IMG/VR virus record: IMGVR_UViG_3300043436_003324
Length of the DNA: 64,000 bases
Strand: one strand, 5' to 3'
From: a virus
Shown here: one piece after another, positions 26,050-35,579 of the stretch
How positions within the stretch are numbered: position 1 is the first letter of the stretch
Layout: every line of letters starts with the position of its first letter
Position numbers and translations under genes: made by a program
The notes under the pieces: generated by a model
The model's database searches: none
Seen by the model: the letters and a program-made list of their open reading frames with translations, nothing else
What the model was told of the DNA's origin: nothing

Positions 26050-26642
26050 GAAAAGTTATAACATTATTATTTACAATTATATCATTTTTAAGTTTATCAC
26101 AAAACTATCCAGTACAGACAAAACTTAAAGGTGATTCTGTGGTTATAATGACTACAGAACAATATAGAGATATTGAATTAATACTAAGTAATCAAAGGTA
26201 TAGAGTTAATGGGTATAAGGAAGATATCTCTATTCAGGAAAAAATAATTGATAGTTTAACTAAGGTTTGTAACAGAAGAGTTTATGCGATTGATAGTTTA
26301 GATACCGTAATTAAACATAAGTTTTACACTTATGATAGTTTACAAAGTAAAATAAATGTTATTGAACGTTGGTTATATACCTCATCAATAAATAATACAT
26401 ATTTATACTATTCATATTCAGATACAACAGTGATGTCAATTAATTTAAGTAGTTACTTTTTTATAGGTAATAGACGTACAGGTAATTTTTCCTTGGTAAG
26501 GAGAGGTCCGGTGTCTCAGGACAATGAATGGAAAAAATACAATATACAATATCCCCAAGAACCTGGATTAAATTGGGAATTAAACTATAAAGAAAAATGG
26601 AGACCTGTTGTTGTTAGATATCCATATAAAATCAAACTATAA
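26046..26642 (+). CDS. secreted/periplasmic coiled-coil protein
   Basis: signal peptide ending LSLSQ; coupled to both kinase genes. Confidence 0.6.
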   Translation: MRKVITLLFTIISFLSLSQNYPVQTKLKGDSVVIMTTEQYRDIELILSNQRYRVNGYKEDISIQEKIIDSLTKVCNRRVYAIDSLDTVIKHKFYTYDSLQSKINVIERWLYTSSINNTYLYYSYSDTTVMSINLSSYFFIGNRRTGNFSLVRRGPVSQDNEWKKYNIQYPQEPGLNWELNYKEKWRPVVVRYPYKIKL

Positions 26643-26644
26643 TT

Positions 26645-28081
26645 ATGAAAAATACTATATTATTAATTTTATTATTTTTAATTAGTTTCGCTAATCTAAA
26701 TTCCCAAACAATAAAAAAACAATCAAATGAAATTGTTTTGAATCAGGGAGTACCTACGTGTCCTAATGATCCTAAAATCACAGAACTAATCGATAAGGTG
26801 GGAATTAATAATTTATTAAAACCTAAAAAAAACATTACCAAACCCGAAGCAAATATATGTAGAGAGATTGGTGTTTTACTAAATAAAAGGGGGTCGTATG
26901 ATGCTGCTGACTGGTACCTTGAAAGAGTTAAAGGGTATGTTGATGTTGTAGAGTTGGCACCTGAAGTCGTATTTGAGAACCCAAAAGATGATGTGACTGA
27001 AGTCTCTGCGGATGTCGCAGCAAGTTTGGCTAAGGATAAAGAATTTTTAAGTAGTTTACCGAAATCTTATGATAACGTTTCCCCTTCAGATATGAAAAAA
27101 CTTGCAAATGAGATTGAAGGTAAGTTACAAAAACTAATTGAAGAAAAAGAAGAACTTCTTAAAAATGGTGAAAGTAAGGATGTTATTGACACCAAAGATG
27201 AGACAATAAAAACACTAGGTAAAGAGAAAAACATTATTGGATTAAACCTTAAAAATGGAGAACTAAAAGGAGAAACCAAAGATTTAAAGGTTGAAAGAAA
27301 TAAATTAAAGACGTATTTAATTTGGGTATCTATAATACTTTTTATATTAGTCCTGACGGTAGTTGTATTAACACAAAGAAAAACTATTAAAGTACAAGAT
27401 GTTGAAATTGAAAGTCAGATAAGAGATATCAATAAGAAAAATACTTACTTAGAGTACGCTGCTAGAATCATAAGACACGACATGCATTCAGGAATCAACA
27501 CATATATCCCAAGAGGGTTATCATCATTAGAAAAAAGAATTTCAGTAGACGAGATGAACAACCTAAAGATAACATCCCCAATTAAAATGATAAAAGATGG
27601 GTTGGCACACACACAAAAGGTATATAAAAGTGTTTATGAATTTACAAACCTTGTAAAGAATACTGTAGTGTTAGATAGAGATATGGTTGACATAAAAGAA
27701 TCATTATTAAAATATTTAACAAATACTTCATATAAAAATCAAGTAGAACTTGATGATTTAGTAACATTAAATGTCAATGAAACTTTATTTTGGAATGCTA
27801 TTGATAACTTAATTAAAAATGGGCTAAGATATAATAATAGTGATACTAAAATTGTTAAAATTTATATGGAAAACAATGATTTGATTGTTGAGGATAATGG
27901 TATTGGTTTTACACAAAAAGAATTTGAAAATGTTACTGGTGGAAAAATAAAAAAAGATGCGGATTCTGAAAGTGGTTTAGGGTTAGGAATCACTAAAACA
28001 ATATTAGAAGAACACGGATTTAATATGGAGTTTGAAAAACTAGAAACAGGAACAAAAATTAAAATTAAAATAAACAAATAA
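26645..28081 (+). CDS. periplasmic-sensor histidine kinase
   Basis: signal peptide, extracytoplasmic domain, one TM, H-box RHDMHSG, N-box LIKNGLRYN, DNGIG, GLGLG. Confidence 0.88.
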   Translation: MKNTILLILLFLISFANLNSQTIKKQSNEIVLNQGVPTCPNDPKITELIDKVGINNLLKPKKNITKPEANICREIGVLLNKRGSYDAADWYLERVKGYVDVVELAPEVVFENPKDDVTEVSADVAASLAKDKEFLSSLPKSYDNVSPSDMKKLANEIEGKLQKLIEEKEELLKNGESKDVIDTKDETIKTLGKEKNIIGLNLKNGELKGETKDLKVERNKLKTYLIWVSIILFILVLTVVVLTQRKTIKVQDVEIESQIRDINKKNTYLEYAARIIRHDMHSGINTYIPRGLSSLEKRISVDEMNNLKITSPIKMIKDGLAHTQKVYKSVYEFTNLVKNTVVLDRDMVDIKESLLKYLTNTSYKNQVELDDLVTLNVNETLFWNAIDNLIKNGLRYNNSDTKIVKIYMENNDLIVEDNGIGFTQKEFENVTGGKIKKDADSESGLGLGITKTILEEHGFNMEFEKLETGTKIKIKINK

Positions 28082-28096
28082 AAACAAAAAACAAAA

Positions 28097-28534
28097 ATGA
28101 TTGATTCAATATTATTAGTTGATGATGAGGATTTATTCCACTTAGTATTTGAAGATGCGTGTTCTTTATTGGACATAAGTTTGTCTCTTAAATCTTTAAA
28201 CAGTTCGGATGAGGCGGCGAAACTATTCCAAAAATGGTTTCAGGATAAAAATAACGAAGATAAACCAGAATGTGTGTTTGTTGATTTAAACATTATAGGT
28301 AGTTCTTTTGATGGTATAGAATTAATTAGAAAAATTAATTTTGAGTATGGTAATCACGTAGTTGTTGGTATAATATCATCATCAAACGAACCTGAAGAAC
28401 AATCAAAAGCGATACAAGCAGGGGCTCAATTTTGGATTATTAAATCTGATGATATTGAACCACGTTTAGAAGAGTTTAGAAAAGATTATGAAGGATATAA
28501 AAATAGAACGTTACCGTTTAAAGTATATAAATGA
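28097..28534 (+). CDS. single-domain response regulator (CheY-like receiver)
   Basis: ILLVDDED, VFVDLN (phospho-Asp), IISSS, IIKS; no output domain. Confidence 0.9.
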   Translation: MIDSILLVDDEDLFHLVFEDACSLLDISLSLKSLNSSDEAAKLFQKWFQDKNNEDKPECVFVDLNIIGSSFDGIELIRKINFEYGNHVVVGIISSSNEPEEQSKAIQAGAQFWIIKSDDIEPRLEEFRKDYEGYKNRTLPFKVYK

Positions 28535-29205
28535 TAAAGTTAGACAAAAATAGTGAAGAAAATTTAATTAAACTCTTTGAGTCCAAGAACATTGGAATTG
28601 AGGGGAACATTATTAAGTTGTTTGAAACGGATAATGAGGAATTTAAATCATACTTAACTAAGTGTTCTGAAAAAGATAAAGATTCAAGACGTAAAAGATT
28701 AGAGATAACAAAAAAAATACAATTACAAAACAATGAATTATCTAATCTAAACGAACAGAACCAAAAGATGATGGATGATCTTCAGTTAACATTAAAAGAA
28801 GCTGAGGAACAAAAAGAACAAATAGAAAAACAGAACGAGGAATTGATGGATTGGAGAGTGGGGAATGAAAAAATCCAACAGGAACTTCAAAAAGAAATGA
28901 TTAAATCTGAACAGGCTAGAATTCAGTCAGAAACGGCAAAAACAAACGCATTAAACGACTTGGACATACTCCAAAAAAGAAACCAAACAGAATTAATATC
29001 CAATATAGTAAAAGTTGCTCTTTATATTATTATTGGTGTTGGTATTGTTACCACAGGAGTGTATGTTTTTACTCTTATAATGGGTAAAGATACTCAAGTA
29101 ATAAGTGCTACTTGGTCTAATATATTTGGGATACTTCTAACAAACGCCTTTTCAATAGTGGGAACTATTATGGGTATTAAATACGCAACAGAAAATAAAC
29201 AATAA
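28531..29205 (+). CDS. coiled-coil protein with two C-terminal TM helices
   Basis: long heptad Q/E/K region followed by two hydrophobic helices; overlaps the receiver gene. Confidence 0.6.
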   Translation: MIKLDKNSEENLIKLFESKNIGIEGNIIKLFETDNEEFKSYLTKCSEKDKDSRRKRLEITKKIQLQNNELSNLNEQNQKMMDDLQLTLKEAEEQKEQIEKQNEELMDWRVGNEKIQQELQKEMIKSEQARIQSETAKTNALNDLDILQKRNQTELISNIVKVALYIIIGVGIVTTGVYVFTLIMGKDTQVISATWSNIFGILLTNAFSIVGTIMGIKYATENKQ

Positions 29206-29215
29206 AATAAAAACT

Positions 29216-30040
29216 ATGTTATTAAAAGTAGGATCGAAAGGGGACGATGTAAAAAAACTTCAAGAAAAATTAGGATTAACGGCTGATGGTTCTTTTGGAC
29301 CTAAAACTGAAACGGTAGTAAAAGAATGGCAAACTAAAAACGGATTAACCGCTGATGGTATTGTTGGTGATGGTACTTGGGCTAAAATGTTTGGGACAAC
29401 TCAAGTGGTTAAAGAAGATGTTGTAATCACACCGGTAACAGGATTGAACATTGAAAAACTAAAAGGACATATTCCTGATGTTGTTATTGCACAGATATCG
29501 GAAACCGCAAAGAAATTTAATATCACAACCAATCTTAGACTTGCTCACTTTTTATCACAGTGTGGACACGAGTCAGGAGGATTTAAAGCGGTATCAGAAA
29601 ATTTAAATTATTCTGCTGACGGATTAAAAAGAACGTTTGGTAAATACTTTCCTGGTAACTTGGCTGAATCATATGCTAAACAACCTGAAAAGATCGCATC
29701 AAGGGTATATGCTAACCGTATGAGTAACGGAGATGAGACATCAAAAGAAGGTTATAAATTTAGAGGTAGAGGTTACATACAATTAACAGGAAAAGGAAAT
29801 TATACAAGTTTTACAAAATTTATTGGTGAGGATTGTGTGTCAAATCCTGATCTTGTTGCAACCAAATATCCATTGGCTTCGGCAGCGTTCTTTTTTGACT
29901 CAAACAAACTTTGGTCAATATGTGATAAGGGGGCGGATGATGTCACAGTTACCGCAGTTACAAAACGAGTTAATGGTGGAACTATTGGATTACCTGATAG
30001 AATAAAACACTTCAAAGAGTACTATAACTTATTAAAGTGA
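29216..30040 (+). CDS. endolysin: peptidoglycan-binding domain plus glycoside hydrolase family 19
   Basis: LKVGSKGDDVKKLQ..LTADGIVG (PGBD); AHFLSQCGHESGGF, FRGRGYIQLTG..NY, VTKRVNGG (GH19). Confidence 0.9.
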   Translation: MLLKVGSKGDDVKKLQEKLGLTADGSFGPKTETVVKEWQTKNGLTADGIVGDGTWAKMFGTTQVVKEDVVITPVTGLNIEKLKGHIPDVVIAQISETAKKFNITTNLRLAHFLSQCGHESGGFKAVSENLNYSADGLKRTFGKYFPGNLAESYAKQPEKIASRVYANRMSNGDETSKEGYKFRGRGYIQLTGKGNYTSFTKFIGEDCVSNPDLVATKYPLASAAFFFDSNKLWSICDKGADDVTVTAVTKRVNGGTIGLPDRIKHFKEYYNLLK

Positions 30041-30077
30041 TATTTATAATAAAATAAACTATAAAAAAATAAATTTT

Positions 30078-30245
30078 ATGAAATTATCTAAAGAACAAAT
30101 TATGGGGATTATCAGACACGGATTAACATTCGTTGGTGGTATCTTTATAATGAAAGGACTTGCTAGTGAGTCAGTAGTTACGGAAATTATCGGTGGTGCA
30201 ATGACATTAACAGGTGCCATTTGGTCTATTGTCGATAAAAAATAA
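30078..30245 (+). CDS. small two-TM holin-like protein (55 aa)
   Basis: MKLSKEQIMGIIRHGLTFVGGIFIMKG...GAIWSIVDKK right after the endolysin; not in the ORF track. Confidence 0.6.
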   Translation: MKLSKEQIMGIIRHGLTFVGGIFIMKGLASESVVTEIIGGAMTLTGAIWSIVDKK

Positions 30246-30262
30246 ATTTAGTGGATAGACGT

Positions 30263-30290
30263 AAAACCCTCAAATTTTTTGGGGGTTTTT
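30263..30290 (+). terminator. intrinsic terminator
   Basis: AAAACCCTC..GGGGGTTTTT. Confidence 0.6.
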
Positions 30291-30327
30291 AATTTAACGT
30301 AATATTTATCATATAAATCAAATTAAT

Positions 30328-30981
30328 ATGAAGAAATTAATTTCAGAATCGGAAAAAACCAGAATTAGAAAAATGAATTCTATTGAGGAAGGTTGGTTTT
30401 CTGATGTTCTTGATACCATAAAAAAATCAGATACGATAAAAGATATTAAGAAAAAATTTAAAGAATTAACTGGAGTTGATTTTGAAGAAAAAGAAAAGAC
30501 AGGAGAAGTAACAAAAGAATATAAAAGTTACAAAATTGAAGATCCTTCAGACGAAGACATAAAATTCTACGAAAAAGTTTTAGAAAAAATAGACGCACCT
30601 ATAACAAAGGAAAATATGGTGTTTTTTTATTCTTGGAGACAAGCCGAAGGGGCAAAATCTTCATACAATCCATTTAACACAACACAATCTATGCCTGAAT
30701 CTACGTTTTGGAATTGTTTAAGTAAAAAAGAGGGTAAATGTCTTAGTGGCGTTAGAAATTATAAAAACGAAAAGGACGGTATTGAAGCAACCGTAAAAAC
30801 ATTGACAAATGGTAGATATGATTGTATTGTTAATGGATTGAAAAAAAATAAAGGAGCAAAAGAGATTGCTCAATGTTCTAGTTTAGATACTTGGGGAACA
30901 AAAGACGGAATTAGTAAAGTTTTAAGTGTAGGAAAAATAACTCCACCTGAAATCTCAAGATCATTAGTTAAAAAAGTTTAA
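30328..30981 (+). CDS. lysozyme-like (putative virion muralytic) protein
   Basis: WRQAEG..YNPFNTT..GVRNY..GIEATVKTLTNGRY pattern. Confidence 0.5.
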   Translation: MKKLISESEKTRIRKMNSIEEGWFSDVLDTIKKSDTIKDIKKKFKELTGVDFEEKEKTGEVTKEYKSYKIEDPSDEDIKFYEKVLEKIDAPITKENMVFFYSWRQAEGAKSSYNPFNTTQSMPESTFWNCLSKKEGKCLSGVRNYKNEKDGIEATVKTLTNGRYDCIVNGLKKNKGAKEIAQCSSLDTWGTKDGISKVLSVGKITPPEISRSLVKKV

Positions 30982-30986
30982 TAAAT

Positions 30987-31595
30987 ATGGAAAGTTATGT
31001 AGGAATTATAATAGCATTTATAACAGGAGTTGTTGGTCCCATATTACTTCTTTATATTAAAAAGAAATTAGAGAATAAAGAAAAACCGGATATGGTTAAA
31101 GACACATTGAGGGTTGCGGAGTTGGTAACAAACAAAATAGAACATATTAAAGATGAGTTTAATGCCGATAGGGTTTGGATAACTCAATTTCACAATGGAG
31201 GTAACTTCTACCCAACAGGTAAATCAATGGCTAAGTTTTCAATAATGTACGAAACAGTACATCCAGGAGTTCAATCCGTACAAACTAATTTTCATAATAT
31301 TCCCGTAAATTTATTTTCAAAATCAATAAATCAATTATTAAGTAATGATGTAATTGAGGTGTCCGACTTCAAAGATGAAACAATTGCAACATACGGATTA
31401 AAATACATTGCCGAAGACACGGGATGTAAATCAAGTTACTTATTTGCAATTAAAACAATTGATGATAGATTTATAGGCACTTTAGGTCTTGATTATACAA
31501 AAAGAAAAACAAAACTTGACATTGAATCAATAAATCATTTATTGGTTCATGCAACTTCTTTAGGTGGAGTTTTAATGACGCACTTACAACAATAA
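30987..31595 (+). CDS. single-TM plus GAF-domain protein (T4 T-holin-like architecture)
   Basis: N-terminal TM; FNADRVWITQFHNG...KSSYLFAI...FIGTLGLDY GAF pattern. Confidence 0.6.
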   Translation: MESYVGIIIAFITGVVGPILLLYIKKKLENKEKPDMVKDTLRVAELVTNKIEHIKDEFNADRVWITQFHNGGNFYPTGKSMAKFSIMYETVHPGVQSVQTNFHNIPVNLFSKSINQLLSNDVIEVSDFKDETIATYGLKYIAEDTGCKSSYLFAIKTIDDRFIGTLGLDYTKRKTKLDIESINHLLVHATSLGGVLMTHLQQ

Positions 31596-31631
31596 TTTTG
31601 TAAATACAATTAAAGTTCATATCTTTACGGT

Positions 31632-32114
31632 ATGAATATTTTCTTTTTAGATTTTGATACAAAAAAATGCGCTCAATATCATTGTGATAAACACGTTGTC
31701 AAGATGATATTAGAAACCGCACAACTTTTATGTGGGACTCACTGGGTAATTGGAAATGAGGCCCCATATAAATTATCCCACAAAAATCACCCATGTTCAA
31801 TATGGGTTAGAGAGTCCCTCTCAAATTATCTTTATTTATGTGATCTTGGTTTGGAGTTATGTAAAGAATACACTTATCGATATGGTAAAAGACACAAATC
31901 TCAGGATGTAATAGAATGGTGTTTAATAAATAAACCAAATATCCACGATGTTGATTTTACATCCCCACCATTAGCGATGGGTGATGAATTTAAAATAGGA
32001 AACGATGTGATCGAATCATATAGAAATTATTACCGAGAAGGAAAAAAACTTATCGTTAGTTGGAAAAACAGGGTTATTCCAAGTTGGTTTCAACCCGACG
32101 AAGTATTTATATGA
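31632..32114 (+). CDS. pyrimidine-dimer DNA glycosylase / endonuclease V family
   Basis: MNIFFLD...HCDKHVVKMILETAQLL...HKNHPC signature. Confidence 0.8.
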   Translation: MNIFFLDFDTKKCAQYHCDKHVVKMILETAQLLCGTHWVIGNEAPYKLSHKNHPCSIWVRESLSNYLYLCDLGLELCKEYTYRYGKRHKSQDVIEWCLINKPNIHDVDFTSPPLAMGDEFKIGNDVIESYRNYYREGKKLIVSWKNRVIPSWFQPDEVFI

Positions 32115-33649
32115 TAAAATCATATATGAAACATTTTTTATCTGAAGAAATAAGAAGAATAAAAACATTAATGTCAATTAATGAATCAATAGATACTACG
32201 GCACCTAAATTTTCAACTAAAATATTTGATAAAGTGGATCCTACTTGGGGAGGGGGACCTAATTCACATGCCGCAAGACATCCAGACCCAACAGGAAAGG
32301 ATTGGTGGAGTAATAACGCCTACGATATAATGGCACCTGAAGGTACACCTGTTTATTCAATATCCGATGGATATGTTGATAAAATTACAGATAACCCTCC
32401 CGGATTAAAATCTAGTGGAGGTAAAAGAATTTATGGTGACAGTATTACCGTTAGGGGTAGTGGTGGTAATCCTGACGTTTTTTATACCCATATTACAAAT
32501 ATTGTTATTGAGGATGGGGATCCTATTAAAAAAGGTCAATTACTTGCATATATTGTAAAGGGTGAGTTAGGAATTCCTGATCATGCACACGTTTCAGTTA
32601 AAGTTGGTGATGTTAAAGATTTCGTTGACGTAAACGGTAATATTGAGGGTGTGGATAATAGTTTATTAGGTAATTTATCAATCACAACAAGTAAAGGTGA
32701 AGAAACCCCTATTGATACTAAAACAATAATGGGTACGGCAGCCGGATTAACCGCAGCCGCTCTAAGTTCTTTAGATATTAAAAGACCTGAATCAGATATA
32801 AGTGGTATTGCTTCAAGATTTGGTATTACAGACGTTGATGTTAATACTGATTCCGTATCTGGCGTCTTAAATAAAATAATACTATCTTCAGAAGGTCTCG
32901 GTACCGATGAAACTTCAATACATGATGCAATTAAAAAATTAAGTAGTTGTTATGAACTTGATGAACTAAATAAAATGGTTGAAAGAAAGGAAATTGATGG
33001 GAGAAAATATAAAGACGTATTTGATTACATTAATAGTGAAATGAATTATGGAGATGAACTATTTGTTAAAAGTTTAGTTAAAACAATAAATAATATTTGC
33101 CCAAATACTGTAACAGATAAAGGGAACCAAATTTTACGTGTTAATAAAAGTATTTACGTAGGTGGAGGAATTGATAAAGTAGTTCCAATAAAACTTCTTA
33201 ATGATTTAAAATCTTATGGTCTTTCAGATAATGCAGCCAAAGGAGTTGTTGCAAACGCTTTTGGTGAAAGTGTTTTTAACGTTAAGGCTAAAGGGGATTC
33301 AGGAAGTTACGGGGAAAGTTCAAATAGATCAATAAACATTGATGGTAAAAAATACTGTTCTTTTGGTTTATGGCAATATAATATTTGTGGTGGAATGGGA
33401 GTTTCATTCTTGAAGAACTATAACGTAAATGTTGATACTTCTTCAGATGAAGAAAAATTAAGAATTTTATTTGATTATAATAAACAAGTTGAGTTTATGT
33501 CAAAAAGAATAAAAGAAGAACAAATTAACAGTGAGAAGGACGTAAGAACTTGGATAGATTGGATTGTTGATAATGTTGAGAGACCTTCAGATAGGACTTC
33601 CGCAAAAATAAAAAGGCAAGAATTTGCAAAACAACAAGGATGGTCTTAA
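32111..33649 (+). CDS. M23 peptidase + annexin-like repeat + phage-tail lysozyme fusion
   Basis: YDIMAPEGTPVYS..YTHI..HAH (M23); EGLGTDETSIHDAI (annexin-like); AAKGVVANAFGES..FGLWQY (tail lysozyme). Confidence 0.7.
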   Translation: MIKSYMKHFLSEEIRRIKTLMSINESIDTTAPKFSTKIFDKVDPTWGGGPNSHAARHPDPTGKDWWSNNAYDIMAPEGTPVYSISDGYVDKITDNPPGLKSSGGKRIYGDSITVRGSGGNPDVFYTHITNIVIEDGDPIKKGQLLAYIVKGELGIPDHAHVSVKVGDVKDFVDVNGNIEGVDNSLLGNLSITTSKGEETPIDTKTIMGTAAGLTAAALSSLDIKRPESDISGIASRFGITDVDVNTDSVSGVLNKIILSSEGLGTDETSIHDAIKKLSSCYELDELNKMVERKEIDGRKYKDVFDYINSEMNYGDELFVKSLVKTINNICPNTVTDKGNQILRVNKSIYVGGGIDKVVPIKLLNDLKSYGLSDNAAKGVVANAFGESVFNVKAKGDSGSYGESSNRSINIDGKKYCSFGLWQYNICGGMGVSFLKNYNVNVDTSSDEEKLRILFDYNKQVEFMSKRIKEEQINSEKDVRTWIDWIVDNVERPSDRTSAKIKRQEFAKQQGWS

Positions 33650-33720
33650 TTTTTTTAATGACTTTGTTGACTGTTTAAAATATATGGTTTATAATTGTTG
33701 TATATTTAAAAACAAGAAAA

Positions 33721-33870
33721 ATGACAGAATTAGAAACACAAGTAATCGAGATCGAACTTTTTAGTTACCTTAACGATAAAGGTCAAAGACTTTTTACTCC
33801 AAATTTTGAATTTGCCGATGTTATGGCAAGAAAATACGGTACGTTTAAAGTTTACGTAGAAAAATATTAA
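33721..33870 (+). CDS. small hypothetical protein (49 aa)
   Basis: MTELETQVIEIELFSYLNDKG...; not in the ORF track. Confidence 0.45.
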   Translation: MTELETQVIEIELFSYLNDKGQRLFTPNFEFADVMARKYGTFKVYVEKY

Positions 33871-33884
33871 AAAAAGTTCACAAA

Positions 33885-34042
33885 GTACTTGACAAAACAA
33901 AACAAATGTCGTAACTTTGTAAAACAAATTTGGAAAACGTCCAAATAAGAAATAAAAAAAGTTTAGAAAAAATTTGGAAAATTCAAAAAGTATTCTTATC
34001 TTTGTAAAACAAATCGGAAAAGTCCGATAACGTTCTTTGAAA
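33885..34042 (+). promoter_or_regulatory. tandem host-type promoters plus hairpin plus boxA-like element
   Basis: TAACTTTG (33912) and TATCTTTG (33997), each followed by TAAAACAAAT; TCGGA-AAAG-TCCGA; GTTCTTTGAAA (34032). Confidence 0.65.
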
Positions 34043-34044
34043 AG

Positions 34045-34918
34045 TTAGATATTATCCGTTCAGGATTAAGTTAAGAACCTTCGGGTTTAAGAATGAAACT
34101 GATAAAGATATTGGGCCGTGTATAGTCCATAAAATAAACTACGAAAGTAGGATAAAGTGAACCCCCAAGTGTAACGGGTTTGCGTCTTAATGGTCTTCGG
34201 ATCATTGAGGTCGAGTACACAGGCGAGATACCATAAAATCTTTAGTACCGAGGCCAACGGTGTAGGGAAAGTGATTTTATGATGAGGTGATGTGGGTCAT
34301 CTTGTTGAGGAGGGAACTCTAATAGGAATAACTCGTAGGGATGATGCAAGAATCAATATTTCCAATGTTGTTATTGCGGGTCTCAGTACGATAGGGTACT
34401 TAAAACCGAAAGGTATGACAACAAACAGGTGGTGCTGACATTGTCCTTGATGAATCTCTACCAAGGGACTTATCTCGAAGTAATCTTGAAATATTGAAAT
34501 GGGGACATTTCACGAGGCAGTTTGGTATTTTGTTATTCAAAAGATAATGAAGCTTAAGACGGACCACTGCTTTGACCAATCCACGACACAAAAACTTTTA
34601 TGTTAATGAAGTAACATTTATAAACTATAAAGCAAAAGTGTCCGTCACGATATAACGGAAGTTACCCACCTATTCACTGGCAGTCAGTGGAACGTGATAA
34701 CCGCAAGTTTGACCGTATTTTTATGAAAAATCTCTAGGTCGTCGAAGACCGAATCAGGACGCAATCTTGAGGAGACAGGATTAGTAAGAGAGTAGTTATG
34801 TCGTCAAGGAGTGATTGGTCTAACCAATCGGTAATGAGTGTTACAGGACAAAATCCTGTGGATAAGAGTAGAACCAATAATGACTCGAAAGACACTTACA
34901 AAAACTGTAATCTCAGGT
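34045..34918 (+). ncRNA. large ornate structured RNA (GOLLD-like)
   Basis: about 870 nt with no credible ORF, GC-enriched, many UUCG/GNRA-capped hairpins, own promoters and terminator; ends approximate. Confidence 0.7.
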
Positions 34919-34956
34919 TTTTATTTTTAGGTTAAATCTTATAAGAAAAAAATTAA

Positions 34957-34988
34957 TAGGGACGATGTGAATCGATCCCTTTTTTTTT
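34957..34988 (+). terminator. intrinsic terminator closing the large ncRNA unit
   Basis: AGGGACGAT-GTGA-ATCGATCCCT followed by a T run. Confidence 0.75.
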
Positions 34989-35045
34989 GTTTTTTTTTAT
35001 ATACTGATGTATTTATATTTAAAGATAAATAAATAATTTTACATT

Positions 35046-35543
35046 ATGAAAAGAATAATTAGACTAACAGAATCAGATCTTGCAAGAATAGTAAGAAGAG
35101 TAATTAGTGAAGGATTTGCTGAAAATACTGTTTTAGCGTTTGATTCGGTAACTGGATATAAAAGTGCATTGTTCCCGCAATTACAATATAAAAAAAATGG
35201 AACGGCATGGGACGTAAATTTTGCGGGTAGTAAAACTTTAGGAAATTTAATGAATATGAGAGATGGGAGTTTTCAAGTAGTTAACACAGAGTCCGATCCA
35301 ACAAGTTTAGATCAAAGGACGGCATTTGGTGTTTTCCTTAATACAACCCCTAAAACAAGAGCTGAGGTAGAAACTGCGGTTAAGGCCGTGGTCCAAGGAG
35401 GATATAAAGACCCGTTCACAATCAAGGCCGGTGGTAAAACTAAAAACGCAAAAGGTGTATTAGTTACTTGGGGTCGACCTGGATTTACGGCTGGAAGCGA
35501 AATGACTGATGCAATTTGTAAATTGTATAACGTTACCGCATAA
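35046..35543 (+). CDS. hypothetical protein with LTESDL N-terminal motif
   Basis: MKRIIRLTESDLARIVRRVISE. Confidence 0.6.
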   Translation: MKRIIRLTESDLARIVRRVISEGFAENTVLAFDSVTGYKSALFPQLQYKKNGTAWDVNFAGSKTLGNLMNMRDGSFQVVNTESDPTSLDQRTAFGVFLNTTPKTRAEVETAVKAVVQGGYKDPFTIKAGGKTKNAKGVLVTWGRPGFTAGSEMTDAICKLYNVTA

Positions 35544-35579
35544 TAAAGACATTTTTATGGAGATAAAAAAAACGTAAGT

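Noticed and set aside
34010-34030. GGAAAAGTCC resembling the RNase P RNA signature
   Set aside because: It is part of a short TCGGA/TCCGA hairpin at the transcript start; I found no GAGGAAAGUCC core or matching 3' P4 strand.
34400-34591. 63-aa minus-strand ORF inside the large RNA
   Set aside because: It is antisense to a promoter-flanked structured RNA and has no coding features.
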